DNA of 64,000 nt from an uncultured Gammaproteobacteria bacterium (GCA_964633995.1 CAZWKN010000003.1:5750-69749); one strand, 5' to 3'; shown: positions 10,679 through 21,044, counted from the first letter of the stretch. Numbers and translations are program-made. Notes: generated by a model from the sequence alone, not told the origin.

Positions 10679-11515
10679 ATGCTTACTCCACTTGGCTGGA
10701 GAGATTATGAGTTGATTGACACCGGGGATTACCAGAAGTTGGAAAGGTGGGGTCAATACGTTGCGTCCAGACCAGAACCTCGCGTTGTGTGGAAAAAAAA
10801 TAATCCTGATATCTGGAAATCGGCGGATGCAGTGTTTGAAAATGACCAATGGAATTTTAAAACTGAGCTACCCCAGTCGTGGGTTATTAATTACGGCCTG
10901 CTTAAATTTAAGCTTAAAGCAACAAGTTTTAAGCACACGGGGCTGTTTCCTGAACAGGCGGTAAATTGGGATTGGATTGCCGAAAAACTCAAAAACTCTA
11001 AAACTCAAAATATAAAGGTGTTGAATTTGTTTGCATATACAGGGGGGGCGACGCTGGCTGCTGCCGTAAAAGGAGCGCATGTCACCCACGTTGATTCATC
11101 GAAACCAGCCATGATGTGGGCATCGGAAAATGCCCAACTTTCCAACATTTCCAAAGACAAAATCAGATGGATTCAGGAGGACGCTGAAAAGTTTGTGCAA
11201 AGGGAGATCAGACGGGGGGCTAAATACGATGCGATCATTATGGATCCGCCCAGATTTGGGAGGGGACCCGGGGGCGAGGTGTGGAAACTTGAGGAAAATT
11301 TGCCGAGGTTTGTATGGGATTGTAAGCAAATACTATCTGAGGAACCAAAATTTTTCTTGATTAACGCTTACACGGCCGACCTATCTGCTGTAGCATTAAA
11401 AAACCTTCTCGAAGACGCATTAGAAAAAGAGGTCGAGAGTGGGGAAATAGGCCTCAAACAATCTTGTGGAACCAGGGAAATGCCGGCCGGAGTATTTGCC
11501 AGGTGGAATTGCTAG
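10679..11515 (+). CDS. Class I SAM-dependent rRNA methyltransferase, RlmI/YwbD-like (no PUA domain)
   Basis: Motifs LNLFAYTGG (SAM motif I), D-S-S, IMDPPRF (DPP motif IV); start ATG 10679 is 1 nt after rpsK stop TAA 10675-10677. Confidence 0.65.
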   Translation: MLTPLGWRDYELIDTGDYQKLERWGQYVASRPEPRVVWKKNNPDIWKSADAVFENDQWNFKTELPQSWVINYGLLKFKLKATSFKHTGLFPEQAVNWDWIAEKLKNSKTQNIKVLNLFAYTGGATLAAAVKGAHVTHVDSSKPAMMWASENAQLSNISKDKIRWIQEDAEKFVQREIRRGAKYDAIIMDPPRFGRGPGGEVWKLEENLPRFVWDCKQILSEEPKFFLINAYTADLSAVALKNLLEDALEKEVESGEIGLKQSCGTREMPAGVFARWNC

Positions 11516-13386
11516 TTTACGACTTCGCCCTCTTCGGGTTTCTTATCATCGGTCTTTGGAGTTTCGGGAGCCTCTGCGGGTGTCTCTTCGGGCTTTTGAT
11601 ACATTGAGCTACCAATCTTTTGGATTGATTCCATGAGATCTTTGGACTTGGCCTCTAAATCCTCCTTGGTCCCGGTCTCTAAAATGTCCTTTAAGGCCTT
11701 AATTTTGGCCTCTACCTCTGTTTTTACATCGGCGGGGATCTTGTCCCCATTATCCTTAAGAGCTTTTTCAGCTGTAAAAATAAGCGAGTCCGCTTGGTTT
11801 CGACTTTCGATCTTGGCCCGTTTCTCTGCGTCTTCAGTAGCGTGTTTTTCGGCCTCTGCTCGCATTTTTTCAACCTCTTTTTCGTCAAGATTGGTCGAGT
11901 TGGTGATGGTGATATGCTGAACCTTATTGGTGGCCTTGTCCTTGGCGGATACTTTTAGAATGCCAGATGCATCAATATCAAAGGTGACTTCCACTTGAGG
12001 AACGCCCCTGGGTGCTGGAGGAATACCGTCTAGAATAAATCGGCCAAGTGTCTTATTGTCGGTAGCCATTGGCCGCTCTCCCTGAAGAACATGAATTTCC
12101 ACTGATGTTTGAGAGTCCGCAGCCGTTGAAAAGACCTGTGATTTAGACGTGGGAATAGTAGTGTTCCTATCGATTAGAGGAGTCATCACGCTTCCTAACG
12201 TCTCAAGTCCCAAAGTAAGCGGAGTTACATCTAGCAAGACAACATCCTTAACATCGCCAGTTAAGACACCCCCTTGAATTGCCGCCCCAACAGCAACTAC
12301 TTCATCAGGGTTGACACTACGATTGGGCTCTTTACCGAAAAATGTCTTTACGGTCTCAAAGACCTTGGGCATTCTGGTCATTCCTCCAACCAAAACAATC
12401 TCGTCTATTTTGGAAATGTCCATTTTTGCATCTTTTAGACAGGCCTTGACCGGAACAATGGTCTTTTGGATTAGATCGTCGACGATTGATTCGAGCTTTG
12501 CTCGGGAGAGTTTGAGATTTAGATGAAGAGGTTGGCCATCTTTCTGGGTAATATATGGTTGATTTATTTCCGCTTCCATGGCAGAACTTAACTCGATTTT
12601 GACCTTTTCGGCGGCGTCGCGGATGCGCTGAAGTGCCTGAGAATCCTTTTTTAGGTCGACACCGTTATCCTTTTTAAATTCATCCACAATCCAATCCATG
12701 ATCTGTTGATCAAAATCGTCCCCACCCAGGTGGGTATCACCATTAGTAGCCTTGACTTCAAAAACTCCATCTCCCAGCTCCAAAACCGACACATCAAACG
12801 TTCCACCACCCAGGTCGTAAACGACTACGGTATGGGCGTTTTTTTTGTCCAGTCCATAAGCCAAGGCGGCTGCGGTGGGCTCGTTGATAATTCTTTCCAC
12901 CTTAAGGCCGGCAATTTCCCCTGCTTGTTTTGTGGCTTGGCGCTGAGAATCATCGAAATATGCTGGAACCGTGATAACCGCTCGGTCAATAGTGGTTCCC
13001 AAATAGGCCTCAGCGTGTTTTTTCATAGTCTGAAGGGTAATAGCTGAAATTTCCTGAGGGGTATAAACTTTGCCGTCGATTTCGACGCACGCCATTTTGT
13101 CTTTTCCAGCAACTATTTTGTATGGAACCATATCCTGGGTTCGTTTGACTTCCGGGTCGGTCACTTTCCTACCCATAAGACGTTTGATACTATAAATGGT
13201 ATTTTTGGGATTAAGAATCATTTGCCGCTTGGCAACGTCTCCAACAAGATTTTTAAGCGGTTCAACAATAGAGGGAGTAACATTTCTACCAGTATCAGAG
13301 GCGTTAATTACTTTGGGTGCGCCGCCCTCCATAACTGCAACGCAACTATTGGTGGTTCCTAAATCAATTCCGATTATTTTGCTCAT
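11512..13386 (-). CDS. dnaK: Chaperone DnaK (Hsp70)
   Basis: 624 aa, [18 protein letters not shown], full Hsp70 architecture. Confidence 0.97.
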   Translation of the reverse strand: MSKIIGIDLGTTNSCVAVMEGGAPKVINASDTGRNVTPSIVEPLKNLVGDVAKRQMILNPKNTIYSIKRLMGRKVTDPEVKRTQDMVPYKIVAGKDKMACVEIDGKVYTPQEISAITLQTMKKHAEAYLGTTIDRAVITVPAYFDDSQRQATKQAGEIAGLKVERIINEPTAAALAYGLDKKNAHTVVVYDLGGGTFDVSVLELGDGVFEVKATNGDTHLGGDDFDQQIMDWIVDEFKKDNGVDLKKDSQALQRIRDAAEKVKIELSSAMEAEINQPYITQKDGQPLHLNLKLSRAKLESIVDDLIQKTIVPVKACLKDAKMDISKIDEIVLVGGMTRMPKVFETVKTFFGKEPNRSVNPDEVVAVGAAIQGGVLTGDVKDVVLLDVTPLTLGLETLGSVMTPLIDRNTTIPTSKSQVFSTAADSQTSVEIHVLQGERPMATDNKTLGRFILDGIPPAPRGVPQVEVTFDIDASGILKVSAKDKATNKVQHITITNSTNLDEKEVEKMRAEAEKHATEDAEKRAKIESRNQADSLIFTAEKALKDNGDKIPADVKTEVEAKIKALKDILETGTKEDLEAKSKDLMESIQKIGSSMYQKPEETPAEAPETPKTDDKKPEEGEVVN

Positions 13387-13413
13387 ATAAGTTATTATTG
13401 TAAATTAGCAGTC

Positions 13414-13851
13414 TTATTTGTCAAGTGCCAATTTGAATACCTTGACTTTGGCTGGACGAAGTACGAAATCCCCCATTTTGTAACCTGGCAAAATCACCTC
13501 CGCAATGGTGTCGTCCTGATCTCCGGGGACTGTTTCGCTGCAATCATGAATTGAGGCGTCAAAATGATCACCCTGAATAGGACTTATTTCCTCCAGGCCT
13601 TCTTCTTTTAGAGCTGCCTTAAACTGCTTGGCTGCCATTTCCATGCCCAAGTCCTTGGAGTGACTTGCGGAGAGATTAATAATATCGAGGGAGGGTAAAA
13701 GCCGGGCTATTAAATTTGCGTTGGCGAGTTTTGAATAGTCCTTTCGATCCTGTTCAGCACGACGTAGGAGATTTTGATAGTCAGCCAAAGATCTCTTCCA
13801 ATTTTCATCTAAAGACTTAACCTGGTGCTGAAGATCCGAGATTTTGGTCAT
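13414..13851 (-). CDS. grpE: Nucleotide exchange factor GrpE
   Basis: 145 aa, coiled-coil N-terminus plus GrpE C-terminal beta domain; between hrcA and dnaK. Confidence 0.88.
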   Translation of the reverse strand: MTKISDLQHQVKSLDENWKRSLADYQNLLRRAEQDRKDYSKLANANLIARLLPSLDIINLSASHSKDLGMEMAAKQFKAALKEEGLEEISPIQGDHFDASIHDCSETVPGDQDDTIAEVILPGYKMGDFVLRPAKVKVFKLALDK

Positions 13852-13852
13852 A

Positions 13853-14584
13853 TTACCAATTGTTGTTCATTTCAGAAATAAGATTTGACATATAACGAAG
13901 GGTGGGGACGACATAGGAGAAATTGAGACGACAAGGACCAATGACCGCGATGGAACCCTTGCGATTGTTACCCGCGGAAAAATGAGTAAACGCTACCCCT
14001 ACTGGCTCAAAATATGGCCAGCCCAGATCGGCTCCAAAAACAATGTGGACGGGATCTTCGCCATAGACCCGACCAAAAAATAGTTGGTTAATTCGAGCTT
14101 GTTGGTCTAAGAGTGAAAGGACCGTGCGCGTAACATCAATATCAAAAAACTCTGGCATGTCTAATATGTTTGCCACTCCAGAATAATAAATATCTCCAGC
14201 ATCAGTGGCTATAATTGACAAATTCTTGGTTCGTTCTGCTAAAACTAAACTGGCTTGACGCATTAAACGGTCGAAATCGAAACGTGAATCCCAAACCCTT
14301 TCTTTGGTAGACACCTCGTCTGCTACGCTGAGATTTTTTTTCTGCATCAAATGGTCGACGTAGTAATGGAGAGCCATGGGGGTTGGTACCCGACCGGCAG
14401 AAACATGGGGTTGGTTTAGAAACCCTTGATGGGTAAGCGTAGCCATTTCGTTTCTGATGGTGGCCGGAGAAATACCAAGATCATACTTTTTTTCTAGTTG
14501 CTCACTGGATACTGGCTCAGCCGTGGATATGTATTCTTCCACAATAGATTTAACCAGATGGGTTTGCCTGGGTGTTAGTTGCAT
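13853..14584 (-). CDS. hrcA: Heat-inducible transcription repressor HrcA
   Basis: 243 aa, N-terminal wHTH (PVSSEQLEKKYDLGISPATIRNEMATL), operon hrcA-grpE-dnaK, CIRCE upstream. Confidence 0.88.
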   Translation of the reverse strand: MQLTPRQTHLVKSIVEEYISTAEPVSSEQLEKKYDLGISPATIRNEMATLTHQGFLNQPHVSAGRVPTPMALHYYVDHLMQKKNLSVADEVSTKERVWDSRFDFDRLMRQASLVLAERTKNLSIIATDAGDIYYSGVANILDMPEFFDIDVTRTVLSLLDQQARINQLFFGRVYGEDPVHIVFGADLGWPYFEPVGVAFTHFSAGNNRKGSIAVIGPCRLNFSYVVPTLRYMSNLISEMNNNW

Positions 14585-14588
14585 GCTC

Positions 14589-14615
14589 TTAGCAGAAAGA
14601 TATCAGGAGTGCTAA
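14589..14615. promoter_or_regulatory. CIRCE-like operator (HrcA binding inverted repeat) TTAGCAGAA-N9-GAGTGCTAA
   Basis: Matches CIRCE consensus TTAGCACTC-N9-GAGTGCTAA in 15/18 arm positions with exact 9-nt spacer; lies 5-31 nt upstream of hrcA start codon. Confidence 0.6.
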
Positions 14616-14625
14616 TGGTTGTCAA
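14597..14625 (-). promoter_or_regulatory. Candidate sigma70-like promoter of hrcA operon (TTGACA-17 nt-TATCTT) overlapped by CIRCE
   Basis: On minus strand: TTGACA (14620-14625), 17-nt spacer, TATCTT (14597-14602), about 12 nt before hrcA ATG. Confidence 0.4.
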
Positions 14626-14653
14626 GGGGGTTTATTTAACTTAAAATGGACGG

Positions 14654-15991
14654 ATGAGACGCAATGATCAGTTTGTGTCGTTTGCGGGAGTAATTGCCTT
14701 AGCATTGACATTGCCATTAATCCTTCGCCTTACAAATTCAGTAGTTAAATTTTTTGTAGGAGCAGAGGGACGATTATCAGCCGTATCGATTGAAACTGAT
14801 CACGTACTCGGTCCCCTGCCCAGACCATGGTCAGGACTGGCTCAGGGAGCTGAAAATCTGAAAACATTTTTGGATGGAAATGAGGATAAGATTAGGCAAG
14901 TTGGGACTCAATATGTTCGAATCGATCATATTTTTGACCAATTTAATGTGGTTGATAGAGACACTAATGGATTAAAATTTGACTGGACTGAATTAGACAG
15001 TTTGGTGGCAAAGATGACTGCATCGGGAGCGACCCCCTTTTTCTCTTTGTCATACATGCCGAAGGCAATTTCATCCGGAGATGAGTTAAGTGAACCCCGA
15101 GATTGGGAAGAATGGGCTACTGTGGTACAAAAAACGATTGAACACTATTCCGGACAGCTGGGATTAAATAATGTTTATTATGAGGTTTGGAATGAGCCCG
15201 ATATGTTTGGAGGGTGGAAAATAGGAGGAAAGAAAGATTATCGATTGTTGTACTCTTTTGCATCCAGAGGAGCCATGAAGGCAAACACTGGTGGTAGAGC
15301 TTTTAAATTTGGGGGTCCGGCAACAACCGGGTTATATCAGAACTGGTTGGATAAATTTTTCCCGTATATACTCGAAAACAAGCTACGATTAGATTTTTTT
15401 TCTTGGCACAGATACGACCTAGCCCTGGAGCGATATTCCGACGATGTAACAAACGTGGATAGATGGATCGACCGGCATCCATATTTTGCACACGTAGAAA
15501 AAATCATAACCGAAATGGGCCCAAACAGCGAAAGCGGGAAGGAAAACATTAGCCGGGTGGGAGGGGCTCACTTGGTAGCGTCGACACGAGAGCTCTTGTT
15601 TAAAGTCAATATGGGCATGAATTTTTCCGTGAACGGGGGCTGGGGAGTGTTGGGTACACCCAGATACCAAGCTTTGGAGATGTTGGGCAAACTTGGAAAC
15701 CAACGGCTGGCCGTGACAGGCGAAGGAACTTGGGTGAGGGTAATTGGAGCGAAAAAAGGAAATACCTATCAGGCACTTTTAGTTAATTATGATCCAAAGC
15801 TTATTCATAGCGAAAACGTGCCAGTAACTTTTATAAATTTAAAAAGCAGAAATTTTGTAATTAAAAGAACGGTGATGGGGTCGGGTGAATTAAAACCGGT
15901 AGAAGTGGCCACCACGGAAGCGATACTGCAAGAAATTGTCCCCATGACAACCAATAGTGTTGTCTTGATTGAGTTGACTCCGAAAGATTAA
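14654..15991 (+). CDS. Secreted/membrane-anchored glycoside hydrolase, clan GH-A (GH39-like)
   Basis: N-terminal hydrophobic anchor; YEVWNEPD (acid/base NEP motif of clan GH-A, WNEP typical of GH39). Confidence 0.55.
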   Translation: MRRNDQFVSFAGVIALALTLPLILRLTNSVVKFFVGAEGRLSAVSIETDHVLGPLPRPWSGLAQGAENLKTFLDGNEDKIRQVGTQYVRIDHIFDQFNVVDRDTNGLKFDWTELDSLVAKMTASGATPFFSLSYMPKAISSGDELSEPRDWEEWATVVQKTIEHYSGQLGLNNVYYEVWNEPDMFGGWKIGGKKDYRLLYSFASRGAMKANTGGRAFKFGGPATTGLYQNWLDKFFPYILENKLRLDFFSWHRYDLALERYSDDVTNVDRWIDRHPYFAHVEKIITEMGPNSESGKENISRVGGAHLVASTRELLFKVNMGMNFSVNGGWGVLGTPRYQALEMLGKLGNQRLAVTGEGTWVRVIGAKKGNTYQALLVNYDPKLIHSENVPVTFINLKSRNFVIKRTVMGSGELKPVEVATTEAILQEIVPMTTNSVVLIELTPKD

Positions 15992-17760
15992 ATCTTAAGA
16001 ATAGACAAGAAGGCCTCCTGAGGGATATCGATCTTACCAACACGTTTCATGCGAGCCTTGCCTTTCTTTTGTTTTTTTAGCAGCTTGTCCTTTCTGGTTT
16101 GATCACCACCTGACATTTTTGCCAGGACATCTTTTCTAAAAGCCTTGACGTCTGATCTTGCTAATACTTTCCCCCCAACGGCCGCTTGAAGTGAAATTTC
16201 AAATTGTTGTCTGGGAATTATATCTTTTAATCTATTGACCAAATCTACGGCTATATGGGGAGATTGGTTCCTGGGAACAATTTGCGATAAGGCATCAATG
16301 CGCTCACCCGCAACCAAAATGTCGAGTTTCACCAAGTCGGATGGAGAATAACCAGTGAGTTCATAATCAAGTGTGGCAAAACCTTGAGAGACTGATTTTA
16401 TTTGATCGTAAAATTGCTTGATCAACTCTGAAAGCGGCATTGAATAGGACAGGTGCACCAATTGCCCCTTGTAAGACATGTCTTCCAGGTTTCCTCGATG
16501 AGATTGGCATAGTTCTATAACAGGACCGACAAAAGCATCCGGCACAAAAATGTGAAGTGAAATAATAGGCTCCCGAATTTCCTTAAGCGTTGTGGGGTCT
16601 GGTAAATCGACCGCTTTGGAAATTTTATAGGTGTCTCCAGAGTTGGTAAGTATTTCGTAGGAAACTGACGGAGCGGCTGCAATTAAACTGATGTTGAACT
16701 CCCTCTCCAGTCGTTCCTGAACAACGTCCGCGTGCAACAACCCCAGGAAACCAACCCTAAAACCATTACCCAGAGCAGGTGAAAATTCTGGAGTGTATTG
16801 CAAGGCGCCATCTTGGAGTTTTAACTTGCCCAAAGCGTCTCTTAATAGATGTATTTCTCCCCCATCGGTGGGGTAAAAACTTACAAAGACTACCGGTTTT
16901 ATTGGAGCATATCCGGGCAGAGAATCAGAAGCAGTCGTAGTAAGAGTGTCTCCCACTGTTAAAAGGGAAATGTCTTTTAGGTTGGTGACCACATAGCCAA
17001 CTTCTCCAGCTGAAAGGGTTGGACAGGGTTTTTTTTGCGGTGAAAAATAACCAACCTCGATAGCCTGAGTATGAATGGAATTACCCATTAATAAAAGTTT
17101 GTCGTGGGTAGATATTGCACCATCTACTAGTCGCACCCAGGCGACGACTCCCAAATGTGGATCGAAATTTGAATTAAATACCAAAGCCCTGGGTGGACCT
17201 GACGGTTCCCCTCTTGGTGGCGGTACTTTGGTTATTACGGAGCGAATTAACTCGGGAACACCAAGCCCAGTTTTACCGGAGATCTGAAGGATCTCGTAGT
17301 CAGAAAATCCGAGAACCTGTTGAATTTGAGAAATTGTACCTGGGACATCAGCAATGGTCACATCTACCTTATTTACCACCGGAATGATCGTCAAACCAAG
17401 TTTTTTAGCTTGGTTAAAATGAGCGAGAGTCTGAGCCTGGACACCCTGAGTTGCATCAACTAACAAGATAGCGCCTTCACAGGCAGCGAGAGACCTTGAA
17501 ACCTCATAGGAAAAATCGACATGTCCTGGGGTGTCAATTAAATTTAATTCATATTGCGTATTGCCTAGTGCATATAGCATGCGGACAGGCGCTAGTTTGA
17601 TGGTAATTCCTCTTTCGCGCTCTATGGGGTTGCTGTCGAGAAGTTGGGCCTGCATATCCCGCTTAGCGACTGTTCCGGTAATTTCCAACAGACGGTCTGC
17701 CAGAGTAGATTTACCATGGTCGATGTGGGCAATGATGGCGAAATTGCGAATGTTTTGCAT
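15988..17760 (-). CDS. lepA: Translation elongation factor 4 (LepA)
   Basis: 590 aa, IRNFAIIAHIDHGKSTLADR G-domain, LepA C-terminal domain. Confidence 0.95.
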   Translation of the reverse strand: MQNIRNFAIIAHIDHGKSTLADRLLEITGTVAKRDMQAQLLDSNPIERERGITIKLAPVRMLYALGNTQYELNLIDTPGHVDFSYEVSRSLAACEGAILLVDATQGVQAQTLAHFNQAKKLGLTIIPVVNKVDVTIADVPGTISQIQQVLGFSDYEILQISGKTGLGVPELIRSVITKVPPPRGEPSGPPRALVFNSNFDPHLGVVAWVRLVDGAISTHDKLLLMGNSIHTQAIEVGYFSPQKKPCPTLSAGEVGYVVTNLKDISLLTVGDTLTTTASDSLPGYAPIKPVVFVSFYPTDGGEIHLLRDALGKLKLQDGALQYTPEFSPALGNGFRVGFLGLLHADVVQERLEREFNISLIAAAPSVSYEILTNSGDTYKISKAVDLPDPTTLKEIREPIISLHIFVPDAFVGPVIELCQSHRGNLEDMSYKGQLVHLSYSMPLSELIKQFYDQIKSVSQGFATLDYELTGYSPSDLVKLDILVAGERIDALSQIVPRNQSPHIAVDLVNRLKDIIPRQQFEISLQAAVGGKVLARSDVKAFRKDVLAKMSGGDQTRKDKLLKKQKKGKARMKRVGKIDIPQEAFLSILKI

Positions 17761-19419
17761 TTAGTTTTGTTCGGGGACAGTGGTTTGAAGGTTTGAATTG
17801 ATTAGTTGGCGCCAATTGGTAATCTTTTTTATAACCGCAATATAAGCATAGAGTTCTGGGATGTCAAAAATGTAAGAAAGGAGCATGTAAACTCCAGCAC
17901 CAATAAAACCAGTTATGATAGTTAGAGCTAACAACGGAACCGTCCTGGTAGTATCGAAGACGAATTGATCGAGCAGATGCATTGGGATCCACAAACTAAT
18001 ACCGGTGATTAAACTAATAACCAACATTTTTACTAGTGGCCAAAAATGCGAAGATTTTACATTGTAGTCAACGCGTAAGAGGCGGATCAAAAGAAAATAT
18101 AAAATTAGTGTCTCTAGTATGGCGGTGGCGGCGATGGAACCGGCTAAACCCAATATGCCAAAATTAAACACCTTGACAGCAATAACCCCTAAAAAGGTAT
18201 CTAAAATGGCCGCAAGAAGCCCGATTATGAGTGGCGTTTTGGTGTCGTGGAGCGCATAAAATCCGCGAATGATTAGTTGCATGACTGCAGAAAAAGTTGC
18301 AGACAGCGCCAAAATTGCCAATGTCTTACCCGTTAAAATCGTGGCGGTCCAAGGAAAGGATCGGGAACCAAAGACTATTCTCACAATGGGAACACGCAGG
18401 ATAATAAAAAGTACGCTCATAGGAAGCGCCAAGAAAGCCACCTGCGTCAGAGTTTCCGTAAGGGTCTTTAGAAAAAGTGTTTTGTCCTTATCGTTCGACT
18501 GTTTTGAAAGCGTGGGCAAAGCCGCTTGGCCGATAGTTACTCCAAACAAGGACGCCGGAACTGAATATAAAAGCCTGGCTACGTTTAACAAAGAGAGGGA
18601 TCCTGGAGCAAGCAATGACGCCAGTATCACTGCCACTAATTGTTCTATTTGGTCTATGCCCAAAGCAAGTGCTCGAGGAGGCATTAGGCGGACGATTTCC
18701 CGTACCCCTGGATTGGAAATATCAAGTTTGGTAGAAAACCTAAACCCAAGGTGATATGCGGCGGGAATTTGAATTGCCATATGCAAAACAGCACCTATAA
18801 CTACACCCACTGCTGGACCCATAATTCCAATGACAGGTGAGAGAAACACAATGCCGATAATTATTCCCAGGTTGTAGACAATCGGAGCTAGGGCCGGAAC
18901 AAAAAACCTTTGGTGAGACTGGATCATACCAGTTAGAAACCCTGAAACCGAAAAAAAGAGTTGGGCTACAAGCATAACCCTTAACAGGCTCGCCATTATG
19001 GCAATCTGGCTGGAATCAAAACCCGGGGCAATTAGCTTGGAAAGTTGAGGGGCAAAAATAAATATCACCACTGATAAGGTTGTGAAGACGAGAAGTACCA
19101 AATTTAAGCTGCTGGCCGCCATATCCCAAGCTTGTTTTTCGTTTTGTTCGAGATTTTTGGTAAAAACCGGGATGAACGCCGCAGAAAGAGAGCCAATGAC
19201 TAGCAACTGGAATATGGTGTCAGGGACAACAAAAGCAGCATAATATACGTCCAACAGTTGGGAAGTGGCTCCAAAAAAATATGTTAAGAGCAAGCGGGTT
19301 TTTAGAAGACCTAGGATGTGAGACAGGCCAAAAGTGGTCATGATAACGAAGGCTGCCGAGAGAATAGTGCTTTGACGACGCAGAAGAAGCGCCTGGCCTG
19401 TTTTGAGAAGATCCCGCAT
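17761..19419 (-). CDS. murJ: Lipid II flippase MurJ/MviN
   Basis: 552 aa, 14 TM-like segments, MOP-superfamily pattern. Confidence 0.85.
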   Translation of the reverse strand: MRDLLKTGQALLLRRQSTILSAAFVIMTTFGLSHILGLLKTRLLLTYFFGATSQLLDVYYAAFVVPDTIFQLLVIGSLSAAFIPVFTKNLEQNEKQAWDMAASSLNLVLLVFTTLSVVIFIFAPQLSKLIAPGFDSSQIAIMASLLRVMLVAQLFFSVSGFLTGMIQSHQRFFVPALAPIVYNLGIIIGIVFLSPVIGIMGPAVGVVIGAVLHMAIQIPAAYHLGFRFSTKLDISNPGVREIVRLMPPRALALGIDQIEQLVAVILASLLAPGSLSLLNVARLLYSVPASLFGVTIGQAALPTLSKQSNDKDKTLFLKTLTETLTQVAFLALPMSVLFIILRVPIVRIVFGSRSFPWTATILTGKTLAILALSATFSAVMQLIIRGFYALHDTKTPLIIGLLAAILDTFLGVIAVKVFNFGILGLAGSIAATAILETLILYFLLIRLLRVDYNVKSSHFWPLVKMLVISLITGISLWIPMHLLDQFVFDTTRTVPLLALTIITGFIGAGVYMLLSYIFDIPELYAYIAVIKKITNWRQLINSNLQTTVPEQN

Positions 19420-19440
19420 GTGTGTTATTATATTGTGACT

Positions 19441-19674
19441 ATGCCGATAACAACAGGTGCAATTAGAACACTTAGGTCCAGCAAAAAAAAGGCCTTGGTG
19501 AATCTGAAAATCAAATCTGGATTAAGGGAAGCTGTGGCCAAGATGCGAAAGAAGCCGGGAAAGGCTGCGCTTTTGCAAGTATTTAAGCGGGCGGACTTGG
19601 CTGCTAAAAAGGGAGTCATTCACAAAAACAAGGCCGCTAGGCTGAAATCTAGACTTTCGAAGTTGGTGAAATAA
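19441..19674 (+). CDS. rpsT: 30S ribosomal protein bS20
   Basis: Trimmed to ATG 19441 (MPITTGAIRTLRSSKKK...GVIHKNKAARLKSRL), matching S20 C-terminal KGLIHKNKAARHK signature; ORF-track start 19318 overlaps murJ. Confidence 0.85.
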   Translation: MPITTGAIRTLRSSKKKALVNLKIKSGLREAVAKMRKKPGKAALLQVFKRADLAAKKGVIHKNKAARLKSRLSKLVK

Positions 19675-19690
19675 TTGGTATACTGGATAC

Positions 19691-20224
19691 ATGCCTGCCT
19701 GGGGACGTCCTATTAATTTGTTACCTCCCTCTGATTTTGAGTTGTCTTTTTGGGGAAAATTTTTAAAATGGGCGGTCACGGCGGGTAGATACATAATTAT
19801 TGTTACCGAAATGGTCGTGATTGTGGCTTTTTTGTCTAGATTTAAATTAGATAAGGAGATATCAGATTTAAACTCAGAAATTGAAGGAAAGAAGAATGTA
19901 CTTGAGGCTTATTGGCAGAAAGAACAGGAATTTTTAGCTGCTCAAAAAAAACTTGATGTTGTGTCGGGGTTACTAAGCCTTGAGATTCCCGTAGGCAAAA
20001 CTATTAACGAGCTGGCAGAAGCTATCCCCTCTGAAATTAAGATGAATAACATTGATTTCCAGCCGGGAATTATTACCATGAACGCTACAGCAATTTCAGA
20101 ATCGGGGATTGGTAAAACGATGGCCCGAATTGCTGAAAATACTAAATGGAAAACCGTAGAGCTCACTTCCGTAAGTGCTGATCCGTTAAAGGGAATTAAA
20201 TTCTCAGTTAAACTAAAACTCTAA
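19691..20224 (+). CDS. pilN: Type IV pilus assembly protein PilN
   Basis: N-terminal INLLP motif (PilM-binding signature), single TM, coiled-coil then alpha/beta domain. Confidence 0.65.
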   Translation: MPAWGRPINLLPPSDFELSFWGKFLKWAVTAGRYIIIVTEMVVIVAFLSRFKLDKEISDLNSEIEGKKNVLEAYWQKEQEFLAAQKKLDVVSGLLSLEIPVGKTINELAEAIPSEIKMNNIDFQPGIITMNATAISESGIGKTMARIAENTKWKTVELTSVSADPLKGIKFSVKLKL

Positions 20225-20847
20225 TGGCTCTTGATTATAAAAGCAGTTTAGTCAGATACCGGAGATATTTGCAGGTTGCTTCTGAAAAACCGTTGTGGCG
20301 AGCAAGTGCTTTTGTCATTTTTTCACTAGTATTGGCGATTGTTATGCTCGTTTCCGCTCTAAGACCTACTATGGTGACCATATCGGGGCTATTGGGTCAA
20401 ATTAAACAACAAAAAGAGATAGCCGCAAAACTTGATAAAAAGATTTTTCAAGTCCAAGAGGCTACTAGAGTGCTTGAAAGTTCGCGAGATAGACTGCAAC
20501 TATTAAGCCAGGCGGTTCCATCAACGTCTGATTGGAATTCTTTTTCGGACAGAGTTTTGATCGAAGCATCCAGAAGTGGCGTCGTGGTAAATTCGTTAGG
20601 CTTCGGAGTCTTTCCTGTCTTGGGTAAATACGATTTGCCAGTCGATGAAAAAAGGGTACTTCCGGCACAAACTAACCAAGTTGGATTTTCAGTTTCTGTT
20701 TTAGGACAATATTTCAATTTGATACAATTTGAAGAGGTTTTGGAAAACCTTAGGAGGATTGTGGTGATTACCGGAGTACAATTTAACAAGGACGAAAAAG
20801 GCGAGTTGAACATGACAATTAAAGGTTATCTGGGGTACTCACTATGA
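20224..20847 (+). CDS. pilO: Type IV pilus assembly protein PilO-like
   Basis: N-terminal TM, coiled-coil, C-terminal ferredoxin-like domain; ATGA overlap with pilN. Confidence 0.5.
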   Translation: MALDYKSSLVRYRRYLQVASEKPLWRASAFVIFSLVLAIVMLVSALRPTMVTISGLLGQIKQQKEIAAKLDKKIFQVQEATRVLESSRDRLQLLSQAVPSTSDWNSFSDRVLIEASRSGVVVNSLGFGVFPVLGKYDLPVDEKRVLPAQTNQVGFSVSVLGQYFNLIQFEEVLENLRRIVVITGVQFNKDEKGELNMTIKGYLGYSL

Positions 20848-21044
20848 AAAAAAGCAAAATAGACAGGGATGTTGTTTTTTTGCTTGTGTCTACATTGATA
20901 ACTATTGGCTCATGGGTCGGTTTTGAAGTATATCGTGCATACATAAAAGTAGGTTTGCCTAGTGGAATAGAAAAACATCTGGTTGAAATTATGCCAGTGT
21001 TAAAAACCGAAGTTTTAGATACAATAGAGAAGAGGGTTCCATGA
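20844..21044 (+). CDS. Small single-TM protein (hypothetical; possibly pilus-associated)
   Basis: 66 aa, one TM; overlaps pilO stop and next gene start (coupled). Confidence 0.35.
   Translation: MKKSKIDRDVVFLLVSTLITIGSWVGFEVYRAYIKVGLPSGIEKHLVEIMPVLKTEVLDTIEKRVP

Noticed and set aside
18269-18754. 161-aa plus-strand ORF inside murJ
   Set aside because: Lies wholly antisense within a well-supported 14-TM MurJ gene.
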